From Kiritimatiellia bacterium (GTDB lineage Bacteria > Verrucomicrobiota > Kiritimatiellia > CAIQIC01 > JAGNIJ01), in contig JAGNIJ010000001.1 in NCBI GenBank assembly GCA_018001225.1, positions 155,384-219,383 on the forward strand: a stretch of 64,000 nt of DNA, read 5' to 3'. The notes below the pieces were generated by a model. It was not told where the DNA came from and made no database searches. It saw nothing but the letters and a program-made list of their open reading frames with translations. Position 1 is the first letter of the stretch. Each line of letters starts with the position of its first letter. The position numbers and the translations under genes were made by a program. Of the stretch, positions 41,678 to 52,148 are shown piece by piece.

Positions 41678-42976
41678 TTATTTTCCCAGCCCCACGAGCC
41701 GGAACGCGCGATCCACGCGGCGGAAATGCGGGGCGAGGTCGAAGACGGCCGCGATCTCCTTCGCGGACAGCACCGCGAGGACATCGGGATCGGCCAGCAC
41801 CAGCTTTTTCAGCGACTGGCCCGTGCGCCAGCTTTCCATGGCGTGATACTGGACCAGCCCGTAGGCGTCCTCGCGGGAGAGCCCTTTCTCCGTCAGCGCG
41901 AGGAGCAGCTGCTGGGAATGGATCAGCCCGCCGGTGAGCTCCAGGTTGCGGAGCATCTGCTTCGGATACACCTGCAGGCCGCGCACAAGTCCTTCCAGTT
42001 TCGCCAGCATGTAATCCAACGCGATCGTCGCGTCGGGCAGGATCACCCGCTCCGCGCCGGAGTGCGAGATGTCGCGCTCGTGCCAGAGCGCGACGTTCTC
42101 CATCGCGGTCACGGCGTAGCCGCGCAGGAGCCGCGCAAGCCCGCAGAGCCGCTCGCCGACGATTGGGTTGCGCTTGTGCGGCATGGCAGACGAGCCCTTC
42201 TGCCCGCGGCCAAAGAACTCCTCGACCTCGCGGACCTCGGTGCGCTGAAGGTGCCGGAACTCCTGCGCCCAGCGCTCGACCGAGGCACCGACCAGCGCCA
42301 GCGCGGAGACATAGTCCGCGTGCCGGTCGCGCTGGAGGACCTGGGTCGAGAGCGCGGCGGGTTTCAGGCCCAGTTTGCGGCAAACATATTTTTCCACGAA
42401 CGGGTCGAGGTGCGCGTGCGTGCCAACGGCGCCGGAGATTTTTCCGACACGGACGATCTCGCGCGCGGACTCCAAGCGCCGGAGCGCCCGGCCGAACTCG
42501 TCGTACATCAGGGCCATCTTGAGGCCAAAGGTGATCGGCTCGGCGTGGATGCCGTGCGTGCGGCCGATCATCGGCGTGTGCTTGTAGCGGCGCGCCTTCG
42601 CGGCCGCCGCGCGCCGGACGGCTTTGACGCCGTCGATCAGCAGGTCCGCCGCGCGGACCATTTGGACGGACAACGCGGTGTCGAGCACGTCGGAGCTGGT
42701 CAGGCCCTTGTGAATGTAGCGGGCGGCCGGGCCGACGTTCTCGGCGACGTTCGTGAGGAAGGCGATGACGTCGTGGTTGACCTTCCGCTCGATCTCGTCA
42801 ATGCGGCGCGGGCTGAACTTCGCGCGGGCGCGGATGCGCTTGAGGTCGGCGGCGGGGATCTGTCCCAGCTCGTGCATTGCCTCGCAGGCCCGGATTTCGA
42901 TCTCGAGCCAGATGTTGAACCGGTTCTCGTCCGTCCAGATCGCGCCCATCTCGGGCCGGGTGTATCGGGGAATCAT
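41678..42976 (-). CDS. purB: adenylosuccinate lyase
   Basis: N-terminus MIPRYTRPEMGAIW... and fumarate-lyase signature GSSAMPHKRNP. The ORF-track upstream extension is not conserved. Confidence 0.9.
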   Translation of the reverse strand: MIPRYTRPEMGAIWTDENRFNIWLEIEIRACEAMHELGQIPAADLKRIRARAKFSPRRIDEIERKVNHDVIAFLTNVAENVGPAARYIHKGLTSSDVLDTALSVQMVRAADLLIDGVKAVRRAAAAKARRYKHTPMIGRTHGIHAEPITFGLKMALMYDEFGRALRRLESAREIVRVGKISGAVGTHAHLDPFVEKYVCRKLGLKPAALSTQVLQRDRHADYVSALALVGASVERWAQEFRHLQRTEVREVEEFFGRGQKGSSAMPHKRNPIVGERLCGLARLLRGYAVTAMENVALWHERDISHSGAERVILPDATIALDYMLAKLEGLVRGLQVYPKQMLRNLELTGGLIHSQQLLLALTEKGLSREDAYGLVQYHAMESWRTGQSLKKLVLADPDVLAVLSAKEIAAVFDLAPHFRRVDRAFRLVGLGK

Positions 42977-43659
42977 CGCGGGCGTCCTTTCTTCACGGAA
43001 TACCGGGCACGCTGTTCTTTGACTTGGAAGCCGATCTGCTTTCTCGGCGCCTCCGGCGGCGGAAGGAGCAGGGGCCGGATTTTCTGATAGAGATCTCTCA
43101 ACGCGGTGTCGTGCGCCAGGAGCGTCCTTTCGATTTCCGCCAGGCGCTTCTCCCACTCCACGCGGCCCTGCAACTGCTCGCGCATCTGGACGAAGGCACG
43201 CACGACGAACACGCTCATCTGGACAGCCCGCGGGCTGTTTAAAACCGTGGCCGCCATGATGGCGCCGTGTTCGGTGAAGGCAAAGGAGCGGTAGGTTTGT
43301 CCCCGGTGCCTTCTGGATTTTCTTCCTTTTTGTGGTCCAGCGAAACCATCTACTTGATTATCAGCATGTTGCGATGTGCTGGTCGCAATTTGCGACCAGT
43401 TCGTTGCATCTTCTCTATTGTCAACATGATAAGGAGAGCCGGTCGCAATTTGCGACCGCATGACCTTTACCTCTTCTGGCGTTAGCTGAAACATGAAATC
43501 CGGTGGAAATTTATGCGCATTGCGCCGGATTTGCTCGTTGAGCCTCTTTGTGGACACGCCGTATAGCCGAGCGAGGTCGGCATCGAGGATGACTTTCAAT
43601 CCGCGCATTGTCAGGATCGCGGATTCGGCTCCCGGCACCTTCTCTTTGTCAGCGGCCAT
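42973..43659 (-). CDS. ORF6N (KilA-N-like) domain protein containing an in-frame 40-aa insertion with a 60-nt tandem duplication
   Basis: ILTMRGLKVILDADLARLYGVSTKRLNEQIRRNAHKFPPDFMFQLT matches the ORF6N domain, and the downstream ...YRSFAFTEHGAIMAATVLNSPRAVQMSVFVVRAFVQMRE is conserved. The insertion lies between these blocks. The stop overlaps the purB start (ATGA). Confidence 0.65.
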   Translation of the reverse strand: MAADKEKVPGAESAILTMRGLKVILDADLARLYGVSTKRLNEQIRRNAHKFPPDFMFQLTPEEVKVMRSQIATGSPYHVDNREDATNWSQIATSTSQHADNQVDGFAGPQKGRKSRRHRGQTYRSFAFTEHGAIMAATVLNSPRAVQMSVFVVRAFVQMREQLQGRVEWEKRLAEIERTLLAHDTALRDLYQKIRPLLLPPPEAPRKQIGFQVKEQRARYSVKKGRPR

Positions 43660-43714
43660 TCGGATCGCTCCCGGCCTTCTCTTACAGCTTCCCGGCCGCC
43701 GGGACAATGGCATT

Positions 43715-43796
43715 CTGGAGTGCGCGGGCAACGAGTCTGCGAGGCGACCGCGCTTTCATAGCGGCGTGGCGCTTCGCTTCCCGCCGCACTCCGGGG
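43715..43796. repeat. REP/BIME-like inverted pair of the repeat family that flanks the RAYT gene
   Basis: CTGGAGTGCGCGGGCAACGAG...(43715-43754) and its inverted partner GCGCTTCGCTTCCCGCCGCACTCCGGGG (43769-43796) can pair into a long hairpin. They share the core GGAGTGCGCGGGGAAGCGAAGCGC with copies at 46253-46294 and 46906-46993. Confidence 0.5.
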
Positions 43797-43797
43797 C

Positions 43798-46185
43798 CTA
43801 CAACCGCACGCGGTAGACCGCCGCGCGGTTGGTGGGTCCGGTGTCCGTAAGGCTCGCGGCCGTGTTGCTGCCGACGACGGCGTTCGTGACGAAGGTCCAG
43901 GACGGCTGGATCGGCGACGCCGCCCGCTCGAGCGTGGCCGTGGCCCCGACGGACAGGTTGGTCAGCACGGCGCGGAAACCCGCGGACCAGTCCGCGCGCC
44001 GGACGGTCGGCGCGAGGGAGTCGAAGATCGCGAACGCCCGCCGGGGTACGCCCGCCACTTCGCTGAAAGATCCGCCGACCGCCAGCGACTGGTCGTTGGG
44101 CGCGGGCGCGATGGCGGCCGTCGTCTCGTCTATCCCGGGATTCCAGCTCCGCAGCGTCCCGTCCAGCACGTAGGCGGCGAGGTGGTGTCGGGCCTGCCCG
44201 CTGATATTGGTGAAGGAGCCGACGGCGTACAGCGTTTGCCGGTCGGCGGAAAGGGCCAGGTCATAGACCCGCTCGTTGGCGTTGGGATCCCAGGCCGTCA
44301 CCGCGCCGTTGGTCGCGTCCACGGAGGCGAGGTGGTTCCGGGGCGTGCCGGCGATGTTGTCGAAGTCGCCGCTGATGAAGAGCGTCCTTCCGTCGGGCGA
44401 GAGGACGATGTCGTCGAGCATGAAACTGGGCTGGGGATTCCACGCCGTGGCGACGCCATTGGTGTCCACTGCCCCGATCCACCAGCGCGGCTGCCCGCCG
44501 AGTTCCCAGAAGGCGCCCGAGACGTAGAGCGTCCGGCCGTCCGGCGCGAAGGCGAGATCCTCGACGTGGAAGTTGGCCCCCGCGCTCCAGCCGCGGGCCC
44601 GGCCGTCGGCGTCGAGGACGGCGAGGTAGCTGCAGTTGCTGCCGCCGATGCTGGTGAACGCGCCGCCCACGTAGAGGAACCGGCCGTCGGGCGAGGGCTC
44701 GATGGCCATCACGGCGCTGTTCGGATTCGGGTTCCACGAAGTCACCTGGCCCCGCTCGTCCACCGCCGCCACGCGGAACCGGGCCTGGCCGCCGACGTTA
44801 GTGAACAGCCCGGCGACGTAGATCGTGCGGCCGTCGCGCGACAGGAAGACGTGGTCCACCATGTAGTCGGCGCCGGGATTCCATTCGGTCGCGCGCCCGC
44901 TGGCATCGTCCACGGCAGCCAGGTATTGCCGGGGCACTCCGCCGACGCTGCTGAAGCTGCCCCCGATGAACAGGTCCCCGCCGGTGGAGAACTTGATGGC
45001 CTCGGAAGAGCCGTTGCCATGAATAAACCAGGAGGTCGCCACGCCGCTGATCGCGTTGATGGCGGCCAGACGTGTTCTCGCCTGTCCGCCGATCCGGGAG
45101 AACCCGCCGCCCACGTAGAAGGTCTGGCCGTCGGGCGAGCGCTCGAGACTGGTCACCCCGCCGTCCGCCCCTGCGTCCCATGTCAGGGCGTTGCCGTTCA
45201 CGTTGTCCACCTTGGCGAGGCCGACCCGCGCGGCCCCACCCAGGGAGGTAAACGTGCCGGCCACGCATACGGCGGATTCCGATGGGACCGGCAGGATCTC
45301 GGCCACGCTGATGTTCGCCATGCCGGAATTCGGGTTCCACGCCGTGGCGTCGCCGGCCAGGGTCACCGCGGCGAGATTGCGCCGGGCCTGTCCGCCCATG
45401 TTGGTGAAAACTCCGCCCAGGTAGATCGTGTTCCCATCGGGCGCGATGGAAAGCGTGTTGATATACCAGATGTGTCGCGGCGGATCCCAGGCGGTCACTC
45501 CGGCTGTCTCGGTGGATAACGCTGCCAGGTCAGGGCGGTAGATCCCGTTGATGTGAGTGAAATTGCCGCCAACGTACAGCGTCTTGTCGTCCGGAGAAAG
45601 CGCCAGGGCGCCAACGTATTGCGGCAGGTTGGTCGAGAAAAAGACGGGGGTCCATGCCTCGACCGCGCCGGTCAGGGCGGTCAGCGCCGCGAGGTTGGTG
45701 CGGATCTGGCCGTTGACGAGGGTAAAGCGGCCGCCGACGTACAGCCGGCTGCCGTCGTAGCTCAAGACCATGCATTCCGCATCGGCGTCGGCGTTGGCCA
45801 CCCAATCCGGATCCGGCGAGCCGTCGGGCCGGATACGGGCCAGCCGCTGCCGGGCCAGGCCGCCGACGCTGGTGAACGCCCCGCCGATGAACCAGCCGCC
45901 GCGCCCGTCCGAAACGGCGCAGTTCACCTGGTCGTCGATGTTCAACGCGGGCGCCCGGACGGCGCCCGTGGCCGTGCCGGAGACGAACCCGTATCCCGTC
46001 CACGGGCCGAGGTACTTGAAATCGCCGCCAAGGTAAATCGTGTCGCGCGTCCGCGCCATAGCCATGACGCGGTGGTCGGTTATCCACGCGGACGCGCGGG
46101 GGACGGATTGCGGCTCATCGGCCCGCGCGGCGGAGCAGGTGATACCGAAAAGCACAGCGCCCCAGGTTATGCCTCGACCGGCCAT
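43798..46185 (-). CDS. secreted beta-propeller repeat protein (delta-60/DUF5122-like repeats)
   Basis: Signal peptide. About 14 repeats of roughly 50 aa with the consensus DG.TLYVGG.F..IGG..R..LAA.D...G..T.WNP. C-terminal tail ...SWTFVTNAVVGSNTAASLTDTGPTNRAAVYRVRL. Confidence 0.7.
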   Translation of the reverse strand: MAGRGITWGAVLFGITCSAARADEPQSVPRASAWITDHRVMAMARTRDTIYLGGDFKYLGPWTGYGFVSGTATGAVRAPALNIDDQVNCAVSDGRGGWFIGGAFTSVGGLARQRLARIRPDGSPDPDWVANADADAECMVLSYDGSRLYVGGRFTLVNGQIRTNLAALTALTGAVEAWTPVFFSTNLPQYVGALALSPDDKTLYVGGNFTHINGIYRPDLAALSTETAGVTAWDPPRHIWYINTLSIAPDGNTIYLGGVFTNMGGQARRNLAAVTLAGDATAWNPNSGMANISVAEILPVPSESAVCVAGTFTSLGGAARVGLAKVDNVNGNALTWDAGADGGVTSLERSPDGQTFYVGGGFSRIGGQARTRLAAINAISGVATSWFIHGNGSSEAIKFSTGGDLFIGGSFSSVGGVPRQYLAAVDDASGRATEWNPGADYMVDHVFLSRDGRTIYVAGLFTNVGGQARFRVAAVDERGQVTSWNPNPNSAVMAIEPSPDGRFLYVGGAFTSIGGSNCSYLAVLDADGRARGWSAGANFHVEDLAFAPDGRTLYVSGAFWELGGQPRWWIGAVDTNGVATAWNPQPSFMLDDIVLSPDGRTLFISGDFDNIAGTPRNHLASVDATNGAVTAWDPNANERVYDLALSADRQTLYAVGSFTNISGQARHHLAAYVLDGTLRSWNPGIDETTAAIAPAPNDQSLAVGGSFSEVAGVPRRAFAIFDSLAPTVRRADWSAGFRAVLTNLSVGATATLERAASPIQPSWTFVTNAVVGSNTAASLTDTGPTNRAAVYRVRL

Positions 46186-46252
46186 GGGCCCTCCGGCCGG
46201 AAGGTATATCCGATTTCCGGCCGGGCGAAAAGCGCTCTAGAGCGGCGCCGCG

Positions 46253-46294
46253 CGCCGCTTTGGAGTGCGCGGGGAAGCGAAGCGCCACCGCGCT
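46253..46294. repeat. REP element copy at the 3' end of the RAYT gene
   Basis: CGCCGCTTTGGAGTGCGCGGGGAAGCGAAGCGCCACCGCGCT. It overlaps the RAYT stop codon and is nearly identical to the copy at 46958-46993. Confidence 0.5.
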
Positions 46295-46830
46295 AGAAGT
46301 CGTCCGGGATGTTGACCTTGTCCGTCTTGAACGTCTCCAGTGTTTTGACAAACGACGGCCGGGCCGTTCGTTCGAGCCAGCCCTGCGAGCACCACGCGTA
46401 ATTCGCGGCGTTGTCGGCCACGCCGTGATGGACCGGGTTCTGATGGACATAGCGCAGGCGGGCCAGGCGCGAGACCTGGTTCAGGATGCGCGTGTCCCAG
46501 TAGTTGTGCCACACCTTGCGGCCGGGCGCGCCGTCCAGGCGGTTCAGCCGCTTCGCGCTCAACTCGTGAACCCGAGCGATAAGCCAGCGCAGCGTCCCGG
46601 GATCGTCCGGCGAAAGGGCCACGAAGTGATAGTGATTGCACAACACGGCCCACGCCTGGAGGTTCCAACCCCACCGATCCGCCGATTCGAGGAGCAGGTC
46701 TCGGACCAGGGTCAGGCGGACGGGGGAGTGAAGCAACGGAGCCTTCAGGTAGGTTCCCGACGTGACGACATAGAGGCCGCGCTCGGAGAGGCGATGCGGC
46801 GGGGCGTGGGGCCAGCAGGATGTTGTGTTC
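46293..46830 (-). mobile_element. REP-associated tyrosine transposase (RAYT; IS200/IS605 TnpA-like Y1 HuH enzyme)
   Basis: HuH motif HYHFVAL and a C-terminal catalytic-Tyr region YVHQNPVHHGVADNAANYAWCS, typical of RAYTs. REP copies flank it on both sides. The ORF has no internal Met, so the start is probably a GTG near 46830; the ORF-track N-terminus to 46952 is a translation of REP sequence. Confidence 0.65.
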
Positions 46831-46905
46831 ACAACATAAGAAAGGAGGGCGGGCGGCTCGATTCCACGGAAAAATGGAGCGGGGCCGCGTCGCTCCGCTC
46901 CTTGT

Positions 46906-46993
46906 CCCCGCACTCCGGAGTGCGGCGGGAAGCGAGGCTTGGCGAGCGCCACGCCGCTTTGGAGTGCGCGGGGAAGCGAAGCACGACCGCGCT
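46906..46993. repeat. two tandem REP-like copies between the RAYT 5' end and the phosphoketolase 3' end
   Basis: CCCCGCACTCCGGAGTGCGGCGGGAAGCGAGGCTTGGCGAGCGCCACGCCGC (contains the GCACTCCGGAGTGC hairpin) followed by TTTGGAGTGCGCGGGGAAGCGAAGCACGACCGCGCT. Confidence 0.5.
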
Positions 46994-49359
46994 TAATACG
47001 GCCATTTCCAGTCGCGGATCTCGGGCATATCCTCGCCGCGGCGGCGGATGTACTGCTTGTGCTCGATGAGCTTGTCGTGGAGCCACTGCTTCACGTGCGC
47101 GGCGGTGTTCCGCAGGCGCGGTACGCGGTCAATGACGTCGTCCACGAGGTTGAACCGGTCGAGCTCGTTCATCACGACCATGTCGAAGGGCGTCGTGGTC
47201 GTGCCCTCCTCCTTGTAGCCGCGGACGTGGAAGTTCTCGTGGTTGGTCCGGCGGTAGGTGAGGCGGTGGATCAGCCACGGGTAGCCGTGGAAGGCGAAGA
47301 TGACGGGCTTGTCCATGGTGAACAGGCTGTCGAAGTCCTTGTCCGAGAGCCCGTGCGGGTGCTCGGTGTCCGGTTGCAAGCTCATCAGGTCCACCACGTT
47401 GACGACGCGGACCTTCAGGTCCGGGAAGTTCTTCCGCAGGATGTCCACGGCCGCGAGGGTCTCGAGGGTCGGGATGTCGCCCGCGCAGGCGAGAACGACG
47501 TCCGGCTCGGCGCCGCGGTCGTTGCTGGCCCACTCCCAGATGCCGATGCCCTTGGTGCAGTGCTTGATCGCCGCGTCCATGTCGAGGTACTGCAGCGCGG
47601 GCTGCTTGCCGGCGACGATGACGTTGACGTAGTGCCGGCTGCGCAGGCAGTGGTCGGTGACGGAGAGCAGCGTGTTGGCGTCCGGCGGGAGGTAGACGCG
47701 GATGATCTCGGCCTTCTTGTTCATTACGTGGTCGATGAACCCGGGGTCCTGATGGCTGAAGCCGTTGTGATCCTGCCGCCAGACGTGCGAGGTGAGTAGA
47801 TAATTGAGCGAGGCGATCGGCCGGCGCCACGGGATGTCGCGCGTGGTCTTGAGCCACTTCGCGTGCTGGTTGAACATCGAGTCCACGATGTGGATGAACG
47901 CCTCGTAGCAAGAGAAAAAGCCGTGCCGGCCGGTGAGCAGGTAGCCCTCGAGCCAGCCCTGGCAGGTATGCTCGCTCAAGATTTCCATCACGCGGCCGGC
48001 GGGCGCGAGGTGCTCGTCGGTGACCAGCACGTCGGCCATCCAGGCCTTGTCCGTCGCCTCGAAGACGGCCCCGAGCCGGTTGGACGCCGTCTCGTCGGGC
48101 CCGAAGATCCGGAAGTTGTCCGCGTTCTGTTTCATCACATCGCGAAGAAACACGCCCATGACGCGGGTCGCCTCGGCCTCGGCCGTGCCGGGCTTTTTGA
48201 CGGCGACGGCGTAGTCGCGGAAATCGGGCATGCGGAGGTCGCGCAAGAGCAGGCCGCCGTTGGCGTGCGGGTTAGCGCTCATGCGGCGCGCGCCCTTCGG
48301 CGGGAGGGCGGCCAGTTCGGGGGCCAGCCGGCCGTCCTTGTCGAACAGCTCGCGCGGCCGGTAGCTCTTCAGCCACTTTTCCAGCAATTTCACGTGCGCC
48401 GGGTATTTCGCCAGGCCGGAAAGCGGAACCTGGTGCGAGCGCCAGGAATCCTCGGTGGGCTTGCCGTCCACGGACTTCGGGCCGGTCCAGCCCTTCGGCG
48501 TCCGGAGCACGATCATCGGCCACTGCGGGCGCACTGGATTGCCGCCGCGGCGGGCCTTGGCCTGGATGGAGCGGATTTCATCGAGCGCGCGGTCCAGCGT
48601 CGCGGCCATGAGCTGGTGCATGGCCCCGGGATCGGAACCCTCGACGAAGTGGGGCTTGTAGCCGTAGCCCTCGAACAGCTTCGCGAGTTCGTCGCCGCCG
48701 ATGCGCGCGAGGACGGTCGGGTTGGCGATCTTGTAGCCGTTGAGGTGCAGGATCGGCAGCACGGCCCCGTCGCGGGCCGGGTTGAGGAATTTGTTCGCGT
48801 GCCAGCTGGCGGCCAGCGGGCCGGTCTCCGCCTCGCCGTCGCCGACGATGCAGGCGACGACCAGGTCCGGGTTGTCGAACGCCGCGCCGTAGGCGTGGGA
48901 GAGCGCGTAACCGAGCTCGCCGCCCTCGTGGATGGAGCCGGGGGTTTCCGGCGCGACGTGGCTCGGGATGCCGCCGGGGAAGGAAAACTGCTTAAAGAGC
49001 CTCTTGAGGCCCTCCGCGTCCGGCGTGATGTTCGGGAACACCTCGCTGTACGTCCCCTCCAGCCAGGCCTGGGCGACGGTCGCGGGCCCGCCGTGGCCGG
49101 GGCCGATGATGTAGATCATGTCCAGGTCGCGCGCCCGGATGGCGCGATTGAGGTGCACGTAGAGGAAGTTCAGGCCGGGCGTCGTGCCCCAGTGCCCCAG
49201 CAGCCGCGGCTTGATGTCCTTCAGCGTCAGCGGCTTCTCCAGCAGCGGGTTATCCAGGAGGTAGATCTGGCCCACGGACAGGTAATTCGCGGCGCGCCAG
49301 TAGGCGTCCATCTTTCGCAGTTCGTCGCGGGACAGGGGGGCCTTGGCCTTCGCAGTCAT
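46993..49359 (-). CDS. xfp: xylulose-5-phosphate/fructose-6-phosphate phosphoketolase
   Basis: About 790 aa with phosphoketolase signatures [15 protein letters not shown] and GDGEAETGP. The start is [27 protein letters not shown] at about 49359. Confidence 0.9.
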   Translation of the reverse strand: MTAKAKAPLSRDELRKMDAYWRAANYLSVGQIYLLDNPLLEKPLTLKDIKPRLLGHWGTTPGLNFLYVHLNRAIRARDLDMIYIIGPGHGGPATVAQAWLEGTYSEVFPNITPDAEGLKRLFKQFSFPGGIPSHVAPETPGSIHEGGELGYALSHAYGAAFDNPDLVVACIVGDGEAETGPLAASWHANKFLNPARDGAVLPILHLNGYKIANPTVLARIGGDELAKLFEGYGYKPHFVEGSDPGAMHQLMAATLDRALDEIRSIQAKARRGGNPVRPQWPMIVLRTPKGWTGPKSVDGKPTEDSWRSHQVPLSGLAKYPAHVKLLEKWLKSYRPRELFDKDGRLAPELAALPPKGARRMSANPHANGGLLLRDLRMPDFRDYAVAVKKPGTAEAEATRVMGVFLRDVMKQNADNFRIFGPDETASNRLGAVFEATDKAWMADVLVTDEHLAPAGRVMEILSEHTCQGWLEGYLLTGRHGFFSCYEAFIHIVDSMFNQHAKWLKTTRDIPWRRPIASLNYLLTSHVWRQDHNGFSHQDPGFIDHVMNKKAEIIRVYLPPDANTLLSVTDHCLRSRHYVNVIVAGKQPALQYLDMDAAIKHCTKGIGIWEWASNDRGAEPDVVLACAGDIPTLETLAAVDILRKNFPDLKVRVVNVVDLMSLQPDTEHPHGLSDKDFDSLFTMDKPVIFAFHGYPWLIHRLTYRRTNHENFHVRGYKEEGTTTTPFDMVVMNELDRFNLVDDVIDRVPRLRNTAAHVKQWLHDKLIEHKQYIRRRGEDMPEIRDWKWPY

Positions 49360-49463
49360 GTTGCTTCTCCGGTTGATCGGCGCGGAACTTGTTGAAATTA
49401 TCGCCCGGTTCGCCCAAACTTCAACCCGGAATCCATGAGAGCGGCCAACCAGGAGGGCAAGCC

Positions 49464-50045
49464 ATGAAGCGGTTCGCGGCGATTTCGGCAGGCATAATGC
49501 TGGTGACGGCGGGATGGGCGGAACTGCCTCCATCCAAAACACTCGCCAAGCCCCTATCCATTTCCATCATCCATCCCATCCAGCTGGTCGGCCAGGACCA
49601 GGCGGTGCACGGCCTGCGGCTGAACCTGATCCACGGGTCCAACGCCGAAGTCACCGGCCTGGACCTCGGCCTCTTCAACGCCGTGGAAGGCCGGCTGGAC
49701 GGCTACCAGTACGGGCTGGTCAACTACGTGGCGGGCGATTTCCGCGGCGCGCAGACGGCGATCGCGGTCAACCTGGTCCGCGGCAGCGGCTCGGGTGAGC
49801 AACTCGCCCTGGTCAACTTCGTGGACCACGACCTGGCCGGGTGGCAGGTGGGCGCGATCAACCGGGCGGGCTCGGTGGAGGGGTGCCAGGTCGGCCTGAT
49901 CAACTTCACCGAGTCCCTGACAGGCTTCCAACTGGGCGCGGTGAATTGGACCACGGAGCTGGACGGGCTCCAGATCGGCGTCCTTAATTTCGCCGCCGGC
50001 AAGAAGTCCTGGAAGCTCCTGCCGATCGTCAACGCGGCCTGGTAA
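49464..50045 (+). CDS. secreted repeat protein (G-L-x-N-x-x-x-G repeats of about 18 aa) of unknown function
   Basis: Signal peptide [19 protein letters not shown]. At least seven repeats such as [18 protein letters not shown] / [15 protein letters not shown] / [14 protein letters not shown]. Confidence 0.45.
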   Translation: MKRFAAISAGIMLVTAGWAELPPSKTLAKPLSISIIHPIQLVGQDQAVHGLRLNLIHGSNAEVTGLDLGLFNAVEGRLDGYQYGLVNYVAGDFRGAQTAIAVNLVRGSGSGEQLALVNFVDHDLAGWQVGAINRAGSVEGCQVGLINFTESLTGFQLGAVNWTTELDGLQIGVLNFAAGKKSWKLLPIVNAAW

Positions 50046-50138
50046 CACCGAGCCGCTCGGTCGCGGCAGGCTGCCGGACGCCCTGTGGAGCCCTTGCTTG
50101 CTCTTGCCGGGGGATATCTTTATCTTCGCGGCGAGACC

Positions 50139-50885
50139 ATGAGCGATTTCCAAAACCGGTCGATTCTGGTGACGGGGTCGACGCGCGGCATCGGCCTGGC
50201 TGTCGCGCGTGCGGTCTTGCAGCGCGGGGCCACAGCCGGCATTCACGGGCGGGATCCGCAACGCGTACTGGCCGTCTGCCGGGAATTGCAGGCCCTGGGC
50301 GGCAGGGCCATCCCGTGCGCAGGCGACTTCACCGAACCCGGAAACGCGCGCGCCGTGGTCCGGGAGTTCCTGAAGGCCGCCGGCCGGCTGGAAGGGCTTG
50401 TGAACTGCGCCGGGATGGGCAAGGCGCGCGCGTTTCGGGCGGTGACGCTGGAGGATTGGCGCCATACCTTCCGCATCAACCTCGAGGCGGCGCTGCTGGC
50501 CACGCAGGAGGCGTATATCCACATGCGCCAGCAAAAGAGCGGCGGCATCGTGAACGTCGCGTCGCTGGCCGCGCACGGCCCCGGCCGGTGGATGGGCGCC
50601 GACTACGCCGCGAGCAAGGCGGGGCTGGTCAGCCTGACAAAAAGCCTCGCGCTGGAGGCGGGCCGGTTCGGCATCCGGGTCAACGCCGTGTCGCCGGGCA
50701 TGGTGGAAACCGATATGACCGCGGCCCTGACGGAATCATTGAAGGCCGGCGTCGGCGTCCCCTTGGAGCGGTTTGGGCGACCGGAGGAAGTCGCCGAGGC
50801 TGTCCTTTTCCTGCTTTCCGACGGCGCGGCCTATGTCACGGGCCAGGTGTTGCACGTGGACGGCGGGCTCTGGATGGGATCCTGA
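50139..50885 (+). CDS. SDR-family oxidoreductase (3-oxoacyl-ACP reductase FabG-like)
   Basis: [12 protein letters not shown] Rossmann motif and YAASKAG catalytic motif (YxxxK). Confidence 0.8.
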   Translation: MSDFQNRSILVTGSTRGIGLAVARAVLQRGATAGIHGRDPQRVLAVCRELQALGGRAIPCAGDFTEPGNARAVVREFLKAAGRLEGLVNCAGMGKARAFRAVTLEDWRHTFRINLEAALLATQEAYIHMRQQKSGGIVNVASLAAHGPGRWMGADYAASKAGLVSLTKSLALEAGRFGIRVNAVSPGMVETDMTAALTESLKAGVGVPLERFGRPEEVAEAVLFLLSDGAAYVTGQVLHVDGGLWMGS

Positions 50886-50894
50886 AAGGACATC

Positions 50895-52148
50895 ATGACG
50901 GAAACGCATCGGGTGGTGGTAACCGGGCTGGGCATGGTCACGCCCCTCGGGCTCAACGAGCCGGCGCTGCGTGAGCGGTTGTTCGCCGGCCGCGGAGCTA
51001 TTCGTAGAATCACCGGCTTCGATCCCGCCCCCTTCAAGTCGAAAAACGGAGCCGAAGTGGAGGCGGATGCCTTGTCGGCGGCGCTGGTCGCTCGCGGCTG
51101 GAAGCCGTCCGACCGGGCCATGGACATGGCGCTGCTGGCCTCGGCCCAGGCGCTGGAGCAGGCGGGATTGCTTCCGGCCGGCCCCGGCTCTCCGGGAGAA
51201 GATACCGCCGTCCTGTTCGGGACCGGCTCGGGACCGTCCCACGCCGTCACGGATTCGTGGCTGGCCTACTTCGCCCAGGGGCCGCGCGGCGTGCGGCCCA
51301 CCACCGTGCCCCGCTGCATGTTGAACGTGATCAGCTCGCAGGTCTCCATCCGCTTCGGGCTCAAGGGCAGCAATTATGTCGTGGTGGCGGCCTGCTCCTC
51401 CTCCACCATGGCCCTCGGGATTGCCTACCGGATGATCCTGCACGGATACGCCCGGCGCGTGCTGTGCGGCGGCAGCGACTCGATGTTTACCGCGCCGCTG
51501 TACGCCGGCTGGGACAACCTCGGGGTGATGTCCCGCGCCGCGGAAGCCGACAAGGCCTGCCGCCCCTTTGACGCGGATCGCGACGGGTTCGTTTTGGGGG
51601 AAGGCGCCGGCGCCGTGGTCCTGGAATCACTCGAGGAAGCCCGCAAACGCGGGGCGCGCATCCGCGCGGAAATCCACGGGTACGGCGAATCCTCGGACGG
51701 CACGCATATTACCCGGCCCAGCGTGGACGGCCAGGCGGCGGCCATGGCGGCCGCCCTGCGGTCCGCCCGCATGACGCCGGCGGACATCGACTTCATCAAC
51801 GCGCACGGGACGGCGACCAAGGCCAACGACGAGTGCGAGGCCGGCGCGATCCGCGCGGTGTTCGGCGCGGAGGCGGATCGCGTCCCCGTCGTTTCGTCCA
51901 AATCCTTCTTCGGGCACCTGCTCGGCGCGGCGGGCATCGTGGAAACCCTGGCCGCCATTCTGTGCCTCGAAGACGGGCGCCTGCACCCTAACCTGAACCT
52001 TGATCATCCCGACCCGTTGTGCAATCTTCGGCTGGTCGGCCGGGAATCGCTGGAACTCCCGCTGCGGACCTGCATGAAAAACAGCTTCGGATTCGGCGGG
52101 AGCAATGCCGTGGTGATCCTGGGCGGGTACAAGGAGCAAGGGCCATGA
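50895..52148 (+). CDS. beta-ketoacyl-ACP synthase (FabF/KAS II-like)
   Basis: Active-site Cys in VVAACSSS, His motifs INAHGTATKANDECE and FFGHLLGAAG, and GFGGSNA near the C-terminus. Confidence 0.85.
   Translation: MTETHRVVVTGLGMVTPLGLNEPALRERLFAGRGAIRRITGFDPAPFKSKNGAEVEADALSAALVARGWKPSDRAMDMALLASAQALEQAGLLPAGPGSPGEDTAVLFGTGSGPSHAVTDSWLAYFAQGPRGVRPTTVPRCMLNVISSQVSIRFGLKGSNYVVVAACSSSTMALGIAYRMILHGYARRVLCGGSDSMFTAPLYAGWDNLGVMSRAAEADKACRPFDADRDGFVLGEGAGAVVLESLEEARKRGARIRAEIHGYGESSDGTHITRPSVDGQAAAMAAALRSARMTPADIDFINAHGTATKANDECEAGAIRAVFGAEADRVPVVSSKSFFGHLLGAAGIVETLAAILCLEDGRLHPNLNLDHPDPLCNLRLVGRESLELPLRTCMKNSFGFGGSNAVVILGGYKEQGP

Noticed and set aside
46831-46952. Upstream extension of the RAYT ORF starting at an ATG at 46952 (MALAKPRFPPHSGVRGQG...).
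   Set aside because: The first roughly 20 codons are a translation of a REP element. Typical RAYT length and alignment place the start near 46830 on a non-ATG codon.
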